Shown: positions 14,002-28,900 of the stretch, piece by piece
Layout: the number at the start of each line of letters is the position of its first letter
How positions within the stretch are numbered: position 1 is the stretch's first letter
NCBI GenBank assembly: GCA_964016885.1
Contig: OZ024741.1
Span: forward strand, 181,102,001 to 181,166,000
Length of the DNA stretch: 64,000 nt
DNA from: Eledone cirrhosa
Taxonomy: Eukaryota
Direction of reading: 5' to 3'
Program-made: the position numbers and the translations under genes
The notes under the pieces: model-generated
What the model was told of the DNA's origin: nothing
Databases searched by the model: none
What the model saw: only the letters and a program-made list of their open reading frames with translations

Positions 14002-17000
14002 TCTCTCTATATATAAGGTTCCATTTTAGACCTTGTCGTCTTCTCAACAAGAAAGATGAACAGACCTTCTTTAACACGTGACTGTCAATGTATATGTATC
14101 ACCATATCACATTGACAGTCGGCTTTCCTGATGATTTCCTTCAAATGAAACAATTCTAGTTCTGTAGAAGCCATTTCTATATTAAATATATATATGTATA
14201 TGCACAAGCCAAATTTTTTTTAAAAATTGTAATATTCAACATTTGATAAGATGGATTACACTGATACATCGAAACCGTTTATATTTTATATATCTTATAT
14301 ACATTACAAAACTCTTTTTTTAAAAAAGAATTGTTCCTCTCAATTTTTCATTAATGTTACTTTGACGAATCAAAGAAGAAAAAAAGAAAACCAGATCCTT
14401 AAATACATTTTGTGTGCTATTTCCAATTCCACTTTTTCTCTATAACCCCTGTTTTGTATAGAACCTTACTCCCTTTTCAAATATATATATATATATATGT
14501 GTGTGTGTATCCCAGGTTCAATTGGGAGTAACCACAGTAAGTAAAGTACTCAATACATAGCAGAGTATAAATATTTAATATAGAAATAGCTTCTACATGA
14601 CTAGAACTGTTTCATTTGAAGGAAATCATCAGGGAAGCTGACTGTCAATGTATATGTACCACCATATCACATTGACAGTCGACTTTTCTGATGATTTCCT
14701 TCAAATGAAACAGTTCTAGTCCTGTAGAAGCCATTTCTATATTATATATATATATATATGCACAAGCCAAAACAACTTGGTGCTGTGATCGGGACTTTAT
14801 CTCTCTCTATATATAAAATTAAGAATGTTATCTGAAGAAGGAAGGGAACCACAGTTAAATAAGGTACTCAATACATTAGTAGAGAAGGTATATATATATA
14901 TTTCATATAGAAATTTCTTCTTCTTCTCCCTTCCCCTCTCTTCTTCTTCACCCACTTATTCCTGGGAGAGGGTTGTGGGAACAGAATCCTTAAGTACTCT
15001 TTCCAGCAGGTCCTGTTAGAAGCAATGCCTCTGATTGATCCAGCTAGTTTTCTAAGTGAGTTCAGTCAAGCTCATGGATGTTATCCAACCATCTTTCTTG
15101 GAGTCTACTCCTAGGTCTCCTGTTGGTTGGTTTTGCTCAAAATCTGTCCAGTGATACTTTCCTACATTCTAACCACATATCTGTAATATTGGGACCGTGA
15201 TCTCTCAATTTGCAGAAGTAGCGGTTAAACTTGGATTCTCTGATCTCCAAGCTACAAACCCTATCAAGTAATGTTATTCTTAAGACCCTTTGAAGGAACT
15301 TTATTTTGGCTGCTTGTATTCATTCATTATCTAAGATTCATGATCACGAATACCGAATTGAAGATAGCAAGTTTGACTTTTTCGCCTACCTTGTTTCTTC
15401 TGATTACCAAATCCTGAAGCTGCACATTACTGCAATTCTTGTACTAAATCCAGCCTCCTGCCTTCCATCACTCCTGTACATAGCCCTGGGATAGTTGAAC
15501 TTCTCCAAGGTCGGAATTTATCAAATCGTTCCAGGTTTTTCTGGGTCTGCCTACTCCGTAGCTTCCATCTATTTTGATCGCCCTGCACTTTTTTATACAG
15601 CAGTCGTCTTTCATGTGACCATACCAACGTAGTCTTCTCTCGAGTAAACAGCATCTGGTCCCTCTTATTCCTAATTTCTCACTTAGTTCATTTATGCTTT
15701 GCCGTTCACGTATATTACTATTACACATCCAATGGAGCATACAAGCTTCGTTCCTCTCCAGTCTGCGCAGATCCTCTGCACACAATGCCCATGTCTCACT
15801 GCAATTGTAACATTGTTGTTCATATGCAGGCATCATACAGTCTGTCTTTCATTTTTAGGGAGAAACCTTTAGTGGCCAATAGTGGTATAAGCTCTCTGAA
15901 CCTTTTCCATCTCGTTTTGACTCTAGCTACTGTACTTTCAGAGCACCCACCACCACTGCTGATTTTGTCACCCAGGTAACGGAAGGTGTCCACTATTTCT
16001 ATAGAACCATCTGGGCAATGGAAGGAGCTAGTCTCCTGTGGGCACTTGCTACTACTTATTGCACCTGAGCACCGGCCACATATAAAATCTATGTTCTTAG
16101 TTAGTTTACCTGTGATCCCACTACATCTTTTATGCACCCATACTTTGCATTTGGGACATAAAATGGAGTTTCCTACACACTGAGCATGGCCATTTCCCAG
16201 AGGAGACCAGTGCCCTATTTTCCTTCCTACATACTAGAACTTTAGTCTTAGACAAGTTAATTTTAAGGCCTTTTGATTCTAGGCCATGCTTCCAAGTTTG
16301 GAATTTCTTCTCTAGTTCAGCCATTGATTCAGCTATGAGCATTAGATCATCTGCGTATAGAAGTTCCCATGAGCAGCCGGTCTTGAACTTCTCTGTTATA
16401 GCCTGAAGGGCAATAATAAATAGAAGGGGGCTACTGATGAACACCGACTTTTACACTAAATTCTTCACTATATTCGTTGTTAATTCTAACCTTGCTGACT
16501 GTTTCTTAGACATGGCTTGTATAGCTCTCACAAACAATTCATCAACACCTAGTTTTCTAAGAGCCCACCAGATAATGGCTTTCTCCAAGTCAACAAAAGC
16601 TAAGTATAGGGTTTACTTTTAGCTAGGTACTTCTGTGTTTAATTAAAAACATTTTGAAGACACCCAACAGTGTGAAACAGAATCTGTCAGCTTCTCTTCC
16701 TTCTTTGCTGATAAAAGAAGTGACATAGTCTCTACTTTAAAATGATAGTGCAAGGTCTTCAAAATGTTTTTAATTAAACATACGGTATATTGCCAAATAT
16801 ACTATAGATACATTCATATATATATATGGAGGCACATGGCTTAGTGGTTAGAGCATTGGCCTTGCAATCGAAAGGTTGTGAGTTCAATTCTCAGACCGGG
16901 TGATGTGTTGTTTCCTTGAGCAAGACACTTTATTTCACATTGCTCCAGTTTATTCAGCTGTAGAAATGAGATGATAGGGACCCCAGTCCCTATCATTCCA

Positions 17001-20000
17001 CTACAAAGTAGTTGTGGAGGTGCCACGGCAAAAAAGCATCCAGCCGACACTGTAAAGTGGACGTGTAGGTGCCACGGAAAAAAAAAAAGCTCCCAGCACT
17101 CACTGTAAATGAGGTTGGTGTTAGGAAGGGCATCCAGCTGTAGAAATCAAGCCAGAATCAGTTTCTGTCCCACCCTTGCAAGCAGGGAAAAAGCGGATGT
17201 AAAATGAAATGAATGATGATGAAAATGATGATATATATATATATATATATATATAAGATACAGAGCTTAGCGTTGTTTTGAAAATTAGCTTTGTTTACAA
17301 ACAGTGGAGAATTTGAAAATTAGATAGTGAAATAGAGCTTCCGCCATATTTTTGACTAAGTAAATTAGCCTAATAGTTGGAGTTATAAAAACCCCCAGAT
17401 TGGAAAAAGGATCACCATTGACATACATGAGACACAAATCCACTATCATGACCACTGCGAAAGTATGTAAACTCATCCCTTAGGCTGGTTTCAGAAAATG
17501 TATGTTTGCATGAAGTCTGAGTAATATTTTATGGGAATACATTCAACATTTGTAACTATTAATAACTAAACACAGTCTAGTTTGATAAGTGTTATATCTA
17601 TTTTATAGTAGGAGTTATCTCAATTTAAGAATAATTGTAAAGAGCCAACACAATAATGATTTTTTATCTTGGCTTTACCCTTCCAATTTGAATAAATGAT
17701 GTTGTCTTTACCCTTCCAAAGTTGAATACATTGATCTCAGTACTTGACTGGTTCTATATTTTATTCACTCCTGAAAGGATGAAGTGCAAAGTTGGCCCTG
17801 GTGGGATTTGAACTCAGAATATAGGAAGTCTTAACTAAATACCACAGAGCATTTTATCTGACACTTTGTGATTTTGACAATTCATCACCCTCAGGGTTAA
17901 CATATTAATAAATACATTTCCCGTATATACTTGAGTATAAGTCGCACTTTTTTAACGATAAATAAGTATACATTTTTGGGGTGCGACCTATCCAATCGAC
18001 ATCAGACTGACTAATGATTTTTCATAGACTTAATCAACGATAGGTATTTATAAAAATAATAATATATAATTTCATATATCTACCTTCTTATACATATATT
18101 TCTTGATTTTAAATTTTTTACTAAAATTTCGTAGTGTTTACGTTTTTTCTTTCTGACTGAACCATCCGTCATTAAAATCCATACCCGGTATTTAAATGTG
18201 ATTTCATTGTCTTAGCTTTGCTATGAACACGTATTGTGATGTATTTACTTTAACAGGAAACAGATTATTGCACGTGGCGTTTCTTTTCAAAATTAGCAAG
18301 TGAGAAATAATCAGTACAAAAATTAGCAAGAGAGATATAATCAGTACAAGGTTTTAGTCTTTCTCTACATTCCAGGCAAATATTTGCATTGAAAAAATGT
18401 ATAAAACCTTTTCACCAGTCAAAATAATATTTGCAATGTACTCTTACACAATGTAAGGTGTAAATTTACGTAACAGAATGTTCCCAATATATAAGTTCAT
18501 TAACAGGTGTGAACATGTATTGGTGTTGTATCTTTCAACCACGTTGCTGTAATATTTTCAATGGTGTCCGTCAGATCTTCGCTTTCACTTTCAAAGTAAC
18601 TATCATCGTCAGAAATAAATACGTCTGATTCATTTGAAGATAAATCACTAATATTATCTTGTGTTTCTTTTTCAATTCGAATGTCGTCGCATGTAAAACC
18701 TTCAAAGTCGGTATTCGCTACTTTGGGAAGCCATGTTGATACGCTAAAAATCTGTTATACTTTCAACGTTAAAAAACACGTGTTATTTCAAGTTGTTTCA
18801 CTATATTAAGAGTTAATTTTCGCGCTTAAAGGCTTTATCTCGCAGTAATCTCGAATTGACGAGATTTCGATGACGTTAATGTTTATTTTATAAATAAAAC
18901 ATGGTTTGGAGTATATATCGCAACGGTGAAGTAATGGAAAACTAACAGATTATTAGTTTCAATTATCATAAAAAATAGTAGTTTGACGGCCCAAATTTCA
19001 GTGCGACCTATCTGTGAGTCAATGGCAAATAGCCTATTTGTTAAAAGAAAAGTGGGTATGCGACCTATTTGCCGGGGCGACCTATACGCGAGTATATATG
19101 GTAATAAAAAGTATTTCATTTATCTAATAACAGAAGCTTGTCCATCTAATAAACAGAACCATATGCCTATTATAAATTTGATACTGAATATAAACATATG
19201 ATACCAACCACATAAAGTGAAAAATACTTTTTCTGACCTACTTAATTTCTACATGGACAAACTTTCTGAGACCTGTCACTACACACATTTCTATACTGAT
19301 GAAAATATCCACATTTCTTTGTTGTTTCCAACACATGGTACCATAAACATATACTGTCAAATACTATTTACTAGGCTTAAATATTCATGCTGTAACCTGA
19401 CAGTAGTAATTTTAAAAATATCTTACTACAAATATTTGACAATCTTATTCAAACTATACAAAACTTAATGTGACAAATATACAACTCTGCCTATAACTCC
19501 TTATAGATGAGTAATACTTAAAATATATCATATACATATTATTTGTGAGGCTTTTAACCCTTTAGCATTTAAATTGGCTGCATCCAGCCAGAATTCTCTT
19601 ACCTCCTCCGGTCCAAACTGGCTGCTCATACTTATGTTAAAGTATTGTTCTCGAAATAAATAATATCAAAATCTTTTAGATTCAATATTATATGAGATAA
19701 TTATGTGAAATAAAGTGTTACTGTGAAAATGCAATTGTAAATATAGAGTAATGTAAATACTAAAGGGTTAAATATGTTATTTAAGTTAAAGTCTGTCCTC
19801 AGCCCAGAGGCTTATCCCAGAACTCTTTTTTTAGCTGATTGAACTGGAGTAATGTGAAGTGAAGTATTTTGCTCAAGCACACAATGCACTGTTTAGTCTG
19901 AGAATAGAACCTAACAATTGTGTGATCAACACCCTAACTACTAGGCTGTCTCTTCATTTTCAAATGTGAAGTATTTCACATTGTTTTGTAAAAATCACTG

Positions 20001-23000
20001 AAACTTTACATAGTCAGGATTGCATCATAAGGCTGGATTTCTTGTTCAAGGCTGAAAGAGATTTCATTACTGAACAACTGCTAACTTATACACAAAATAC
20101 AAATGAGAGTACTGCTCCCATATTTGCCATGTACATCCTTCATGAATATCTGGCCTCGACTTGAATATATTTATAGTCTATTTTAAACACCATTTCTTAC
20201 TAATAGCATCTTCTTTTCTACGACTCATATCTTCCTACCACTATCTTCATCTCATATCTGCTCTGCCAAGTTATACTCTTTATTAAAATTTCTTTTCAAA
20301 ATGCAGTGCCTATTCATATGTAGAGTCTATTCATATAATTTCTCTCATCTGGGCAATAGCAAAAATGACTTCCTCAGGTTAAAAATGTCACTTTCCCACA
20401 AGTTCATAACTGGTTTAGAATAATTAGATTGTATCTTTGCATGTGATAAATGGGTTAATAGGTGGGTCAATGCCCAGAAGAGCATCTGGAGTGAAACATT
20501 GCTTCACAAAGGACCCCCATATCCTGGCGCCCACAAAGCTAAGCCCTGCTTTAACAGGGAAAATGGTCTTAAAATGCTTATTGTTGAGTTATTGTCATTT
20601 CTCTAAGATCATTTACTGTCTTAACCATTCTTCAAACTCATCTATCTACCAGGGTTGTTTGGCTACTCCATATTCGTTATTTAAGACATTTACTTCAACT
20701 CTGCTCTCACTAATGTCCCACCCTCAGAAAGCTTCCACCGAGTTTTCTTTCACTTTACCTACACTGATCCAACTGGTTTGAAAGATGAAATAGTTATGAT
20801 TATACATAACTTACGCTTGCTAATATCCTTTTTTACTCATTTCTCTGATAACACTATAGATTCAATTTTTAATACTCATTTATTTGCAAATACAAGTTTA
20901 GACCTAACTCATATGCCAAGGTCTTTGATCAGCCACCCCTGGATGATCTTGTCACTAACGTATCATTGCAACACAACTTCACCTCAGAATACAATGCAGC
21001 AGCTTCAGCTACCCCTTTTCTTTCATCAAAGGAAATCAATAGATTTAGAGATAAAATTTTAGAGTTATGTATTTTCAAATCATTTCATATATTCTATATA
21101 ATAAGTGTGAAAAGTTGTCTGTTTGACAACATCACCATTTCTGAACAAGCATTCACATAAATTGGAATAAGGATCCAGATATATTCCCAGAATAATCCAT
21201 GAATTAAAAATTCCTAGCTGTTCTTGGGGTAAAAAAGCAGAATTAACGAAAAGAGATGGAAAAAGACTGAAACCTCTAATGGAGTGGGAGTAGAACAGTT
21301 GAGAATGAGAAATAAAACTGTACCCAAGAAAGTGGTGCGTCAGTATGACAACAGTGGAATGAGTGAAACCAGTAAAAAATTAAAAGAATAAGAACAAGGT
21401 GTGTATGTTTGAATGCCTCTGCTGTACATATACTTTAAAATGTGTATATTCAATTAGTTAGATATCATTTGTCTATAATAACCCTATTACATTAGTATAG
21501 TTGATATGAAGCATTGTGAAACATGTGGTTAAAGCTATTTTAGGAAAGCCAATAAATGCAAATTAAAAGTAAAGTAAATGGGAGTAAAATAAGACAATAG
21601 TTGACACTTTTGTTATATTTAACTCCTGTTTGCATTCCTTTATTTCTAACTTGCATTATACTGGTGTTACTAAAAACAATTTTCACTATTACACTAATAA
21701 GACATTACAAGCAAATAAAGATATCTGAATATTACCTTCACCATAAAATGACCAAGTTTTTTCAGTATGCCTTGGTTACGGTATTCTGGAGTAACATATA
21801 CATCATCCACCAACAAAGTCTTTCCAATATAAGTGCAAAAGATGTTACTAAAAAACATGTATCCTATTAAGAAAGGAGTCGTGCATGTATCTGAAATAGA
21901 AAATAAACAATGCAAATGATTCATCAGCATATATTTCCTTTGTATAACTTTGCTTAGATTTACTAAATTTTGTCTCTGTAAAAGGTGGCAAATTGGAGTT
22001 GTTAGAAAGTTGAATAGAATACTTTGTGGTATTTGTCCCGACTCTGTGTTCTGAGTTCAAATCCTGCTGAAGTCAATTTTGCTTTTCATATTTTCAAGGT
22101 GGATAAAAAAGTACCAGTCCAGTACTAGAGTTGATTCTTCTGCTATGTCTCTTTCTCACTTTTCTCTTCTTCTGTGGAAGAAATCAGCTGTGTTAACTCT
22201 TTAGCATTTAAACCAGCTGTATCTGGCCATAATTCTGTTTAAACTGGCCGTAACCGGCCACTCATACTGATGTCGTTAACGTATTGTTCACAAAATAAAT
22301 AATATCAAAATCTCATAGATTCGATATTATATGAGACTAGCAGTAAAGCCCGGCGTTGCTCGGGGTCAGTAAGTTACCAAAGTTAGGTTGCACCACCCAT
22401 TTTATGGCAGCACTTTTTTGTCTGCCAGGCACTGTGTGAATGAATTGCAGACCTGGACTGCTGAAGCAGGAGCTGCGCCAGCAGTGACAATTGTAGTTTC
22501 GCCTATAAGTGTTGAAATTTATTGTTTCACAGTACTTGCGCAACACGCGCGTAGACGATGCCAGCCGAACAACAGAGCTGCGATGGAGTTGTTCTGCATG
22601 GTTGTCTAATCTGTGTTTTCTAAATTTAAGACAGTAGGGAGGGATGTGATATGGGGGAGAGTTAGCTGCTGTTTCTAGCAGGTTTAGTGACCTCATAGAG
22701 GATATTATTGTGTATAGTAAATAAACTGATACTTCTTTCTTCCACGTTCATTGAGAGATGTTTTAAAAAAGATTTATCGCTATTTTTTTTGTTGTTGATT
22801 AATTTATCTGTTGCTTTTGAATAATTGTTGTCATTGAAGTAAATAAATGTTTGACCGTTCCACACTCAAAAACAAACGTTCTCTCTCTCTCTCCTTTCTT
22901 CGGCGTTCCTAAAGGAAGTTTGTAAGTTTAAGTGTATATAAGAGAAAGTTGCAGCATGTATGTAGTTTTATCGAATCTTAAGGGGAATAGAGAGAGGTTT

Positions 23001-25961
23001 CAGATTGTATTAGAGGGGTAAAGCGTAATGTATTTAGTTTTATCGATTATTTCCGTAATTGTGGGTGAATTTGAAATAAATAAATAGTCGTTGACCTAAG
23101 TTAGACCATTTACAACATTCTTACAGACTTTGAATCAAATCGGTTTGAAATTGTGCAAATGTATAAACATGGAACATGCACACACACACACAACAACAAC
23201 AACAACAACAATCTGCCTTTTATAGATAATGATAAAGCCTTTACTATGAAAATACAATAGTAAATATAAAGTAATGTAAATGCTAAAGGGTTGAGTCATG
23301 GAGAGGGAATGAGTACTGCCAGGTTAGAAAAAAGCCCAAGATACACTATATATCAGTATGGTATTCCTACAGCTCTCTCAGGAGCTATGGGTTCATACAC
23401 ACAGTCACTTTAACTGTTATTTCTTCTATTAACTAACTCAGCCTTTATGTATTTCATAATCCCCTTTGTTGAAAGTAATTAATGATTTCTACTATAGGCA
23501 CAGGGACAGCAATTTTGGGGGAGGAGAAAGTTGATCAAATTGACCCTAGTGCTTTTATCGACTCTGTATGGATGAAAGACATGGCTGACTTCGGTGGGAT
23601 TTGAACTCAGAACGTAAAGGTCCATAACTCTTTGCTATGGTTTGATGAATTTCTCATTTATTACTAGTCTCTAATTCTTAAACATGATATTAACTGCATC
23701 AATCAAGACTTCCCTTTAGCTTTTAACCTTTTTAATACTATAGTTGTTTTACTATATAGTGAAAAAACACTAAAGGATAATTGTCAAAAAAACAAAAAAA
23801 AAAAACAATAGAAAGACACAAAAAAACAACAACAGTAAGACACAAATAACATCAAATAATTAACTAACTATTCCTCAGAGGTGTTATAAACCATAGATTT
23901 TGTAAAACTTCAATTTTGTAAACCATAGATTTTTGTAAAACTTCCAACACACTGTAACTAACAGAACTAATTGACATTTAACTAAATATGTTAACTAGCT
24001 CATTTACATACAACTGTACATCTGGCTGTGCAATAATATTCCATCAGAATCATCCAAACTATTAAATCTGACCAATTTCTGACAGATAATTATGACAAAA
24101 TTATGACAAACCAGAATTATCAATATCATGATCATTTCTCATAAAATTCAGAGAAATCTAATAAAAAAAAAGTAAAATATTGCAAAATTCTGACAAGAAA
24201 CTTTTGCAAACAATATCAGTTAATCAGATGTGATTCATAACATTATTGGTTTGCTAGAGCAGTGGATTGGCAGTATCGGTAGAGTGTCAGACACCATGCT
24301 TTGCAGCATAGAGATATGGCCCTTTACGTTCTGAGTTCAAATCCAGCTGAGATTAGCTTTGCTTTTCACCCTTATGGGGGGTCGATAAAATAGAGCACCA
24401 GTAATACACTGGGGTCAATTTAATTCACTCCCCCGACCCCCAATTTTCTGGCCTTGTGCCTATAGTAGAAATCATTATTGGTTTACTTGGAGACTGCTGG
24501 CTTATCAAGAAGAGTTTTACTGTATATAGTCACGTATAAGATGTGTATAAGTGACAAATAATTGAAGATAAATTGAAGGTCAATATTTTACCAATTAGCT
24601 TCAATGTCTATGTAATACAGGCACAGAAATATCTGAGTGATTCCTTTACAATAAAATACTGTTTTATTACATTCACGAAGCATTTTCACAGAATATTCAT
24701 GTTTTCATTTCTCTCAGCATCTGAGTGACTGGTTGCCTAATTGATTTTTATTTATTAAAATCATTATGTAATGGAGTTGTGAAACAAAGGTTTATACTCT
24801 AAATGGCACTTAAAAACATTTTAGGTATCAAAATATTTAAGCTTTATAAAAAATATTCTCCACATGAGTGAATATACAAAACTGTGCCATCTAAACATAT
24901 GTTGATTAGCTGCTTTGACTTATACATGGAGTTTGTATTTTTGCCCATTTCTCAGACATAAAATGGGTGGGTGGGGTGCAGCTTATAATCAGACTGGCTT
25001 ATACATGAGTATATATGGTACATTTTTAGGCTGATATATCAGCTTCACGGCACTAAATGGGTTAATAACAATTATTGAAAGTTAGTCAAGTGAACTTTCA
25101 GATAGTGTCCTAAAATTTAGGATGGTGGGATTATAGTAAAATAAATCTGACAAATGTTTTTGTAGCTTGCAGAACACTGTTCAAATCCGTGTGTGTGGTT
25201 TGGAGAGGGATGGGCTCTGCCAAGCTGATTTTTCGCTACATACTGGATGTTTCTTCAGTGGACTTTATGATCCAATTGCTTCCCCACCTTAAAATGAATA
25301 TCCATTTCAAATTTCTACAGCTGAATACCATTACTATCAACAGCCCATATTTTTTAGTATAGTAAAGTATCACCGATTGATGATGTTTTACATGCAAACA
25401 CACATATACATACATACAAATGACAAGTTTTCAGATATTTTCAGTCTTCCAAACTTATGCACAAAGAATAAATTGAACTGAGGATAAAGTGAAAGTCACT
25501 TTAAGCCTAAACTGACGTTTTTTTCCTGGGCATGGATACATGAAAGCTCCGATGTCTGGCAACTGACTTGGTAGACACCCACAAAATTATCAACCTTCTT
25601 TCTAACCACAACCCTGAGCGCTATTTTGAATTCCATGTGTCTAACACCTGCCGACATGCTTACAAAATCAGAAAACAGTACAATCCTCATGACTTTGGAA
25701 ACGTTTTTTCACACTCAGAGTTGCTGAAGCATAGAACAAACTCCCTGCAGTTGTTAGCTGTTGGGACACTGCATCCTTCAGAACTTCCATGCATCCTGAA
25801 ATTCGCCAACACTACACCTGATATTCCCCCTCCATGCACACATGAGTCTATCATGACTCATACACTATCTACTTTCTTGACATTTGTACATTATTCTATG
25901 TACTATACATGCACCTTTGATGAGTTGTGGTGCACCTGAGCACTGTACACAATAAATTTTC

Positions 25962-25993
<32 letters not shown>

Positions 25994-28900
25994 CAAAAAA
26001 CATGACTGCAAAGAGAACTTCCTAATTCCTAACCACACAGCCATATACATATCTATATATGATTGAGAGACATATTGTTCTGATTTCATACCTGATTCAC
26101 ATTGAGCCACAATTATCATGAATTTTTGATCTTCACCAAATCCATATTTCTTCAAATCTAGAAGTCAAAAGACACAAATAACAAAGTATATTGAATTAAA
26201 TACCATGGTATCATAATGTCTTAGTTTATAACTAGTTGCTATTGTGTAAATGATGAAGCTGGTGATGATGATTATGGGGGTAGTAATGACAATGATGATG
26301 ATGAAGGTGGTAATTATGATGATAAACATGATGGGTTGGTGATGGAGATGATATTGGGTTATGATGATGATGATGCTGCTGCTTGGTGGTGGTGATGATG
26401 ACAACAACATCAGATTTAATTGAGAAACAATGAGAGATTGTGAAGTTTACACCTTTCTCAAAATGCATCAGTTAGATGTAACACCTGTTTTCCTATGATC
26501 GCATGGGTTAAATGAAATCTAGAGTTTATCTCAGTTTCATGGACATTAAACAACTGAGAATACAAGAACCATCCTTGGACGGTATACCAGTCCACTGCAG
26601 GGCTAACCCCCAGCTGTTGCTGATATTCCTTATTAGCTGAGTGAATTGGAGCAGTGTGAAATGAAGTACCTTGCTCAAAAACACAATGTATCACACATTC
26701 TGGGAATTAAATCTACAAACTTATGATTGTGAGCCCAACTCCCTAACCACTAAACCACACATGAGTGACTTAAATAAAACCATTTCAATTGAGAAACTAA
26801 ACTGAATTTTGAACTTAGTTCACAAAGAACTTATTTTTATAATAGAGTACTCATTGTTTTAAAGATATGGTGTATCTATTCTAAACTGGATACATACGCC
26901 ATGTTAAGGAGACCTCAAAGATCTAAGGTATACCTTCTGTAGTGACTAGCATAATTTCTTAAGGTATGGTGTATTTATTTCCTTTTCCTTTTGAAGATGG
27001 TAAGGTGTGGTTTGAGTGACCATGTAGATGTTGACTTTTAGCTTAGATGGAAGAATTAATCTGACTTGGTAGTTTCTACTTGTAACTAAATAGACTTGGC
27101 CGTTTGCAAATTAAATGCCCTGACTATGAATGTGATGCATTAGTAGTGACAGGATGCAGGACTAATGCCTAGGCTAGCTGTCTTATTTATATAGAGTCTG
27201 ATATCTAGTTGTTTATGGTGAAAATAATCTAAGTTTTCAGGCCTTGATTCTTCAATCTTTCTAATACCCAACTCGAATATCTGAGACAATTTGTCCTAAA
27301 ATATTCATATTTAGATTAATATTTCGATGGAATCACATTAGAAAATGAATGATTTCATTATACTTCAATTGATCAACTCAAATTCTTCTTCTTCTTCTTC
27401 ATCAATTTTCATCTGCTTTATATACTGGCATTAGTTGTATGGGAATATATATCAAATTTATAAACTTAAAAATATTTTACCAAGCCTTTCCAAAATCTTC
27501 ATTTATTGAATATTAGTTGAAAAGACATAGGTAAGGTACTCATTAGAAATAGAGCAATGAAAGTTCTTAATAAAGAACTTACCTTCCAAAGTAAGTGGAG
27601 ATTTTAGTTCATCTTCATCTTCTTCCTCCTGCTCCTATAAGATAGAATTACAAAATTAATAATTGAGGAATTTGTCTTGTATACATCACCATCACCATCA
27701 CTATTAAACTGCAGCACCATGTGCTCACAATCCTCCTCCACCCAGTTATAGTCCAGTGATTAGTCCTGAATTTGAAATCATAATGCAAAGTGTCAGAATA
27801 ACATCATTGTATAACATCGCAATCAACATTCTGCCAATCTACTGCCCTGCATTGGTGCTTTATAGACCTTGAAAGGATGAAAAACAAAGGTGACCTTAAC
27901 AACATTTGAGCACAGAGAACTGAAACAAATAGTGCGAAACATTTAATGACATTCTAATGACACTGCCAATTAACCTATTAATTTCTCACAAATTGTCTAA
28001 AATAATTTTCAGTTTATAGACAATTCTGTAGAAGGGTTTGATGAGTTCAATTGCTTTGAGAAATGAAAAATTTAACCCTTTAGCATTTAAACCAGCCTTA
28101 TCTGGCCCAAATTCTCTCACCTCTTTCTATTCAAACTGGCCATAACCGACCGCTCATACTGACGTTAAAGTATTGTTCTCAAAATAAATAACATCATCAA
28201 AATTTTGTAGATTTGATATTATGTGAGATAAAGCCTTTACCATGAAAATATAATAGTAATGTAAAGGCTCAAGGGTTAATATCTGAAGTTCTTGCCTTTC
28301 ATTTGAGAGTGAGGAAGATAGGAATAGTAAATGTGTTGCTATGGCCACAAGTTAGTTTATAGTTTAGTTTAGCTTCTTTCTGCTATGTGATGGCTCCTCA
28401 GTTGGTTTCAATGATGGGCATTCAGTTGTTCAATCAACTGAATGTCCAACTCATGACTAATCATGAAAGTGGTTGAGTTTTCTACAAACACAAAGCTAAA
28501 ACAGTGTGACACAATATGTGACAAGACTGGATATTTGAATTACAGGCACAATCAACAAGGTTCCACATAGTTCCTGTTGACTTAAGACTATGAAAGAAAT
28601 CTGCCCATGATGCCACACAGTGGGATCAGATCTGGGATCTCATGATTGCAAAGTGAACAGCATTCTGTAACTTAATCAAAGATAACATATAATGGTTGAA
28701 GTAAGATTTGAACACAAGATACGTTAGTACTGAATAGGCTTATGTTGAACATTTTGCATATTCTAGGATTCCCAGAGGAAATCAGACTTCCTTCTGGGGA
28801 CTTGGGAAATCTTAGAAAGTAATAAATTATGTTAATATTTTAAAATATATCTTATAATTTCCTCTCATTTGAAAATCTGTCTGGTATATATACATATACC

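Noticed and set aside
14255-14290. CTGATAC-atc-GAAA motif
   Set aside because: Core and stems too degenerate to call.
16829-16900. tRNA-like sequences
   Set aside because: SINE heads continuing into SINE bodies, not tRNA genes.
17285-17476. 63-aa ORF inside SSAT intron 4 as a possible extra exon
   Set aside because: No SSAT similarity; the gene is complete and of expected length without it.
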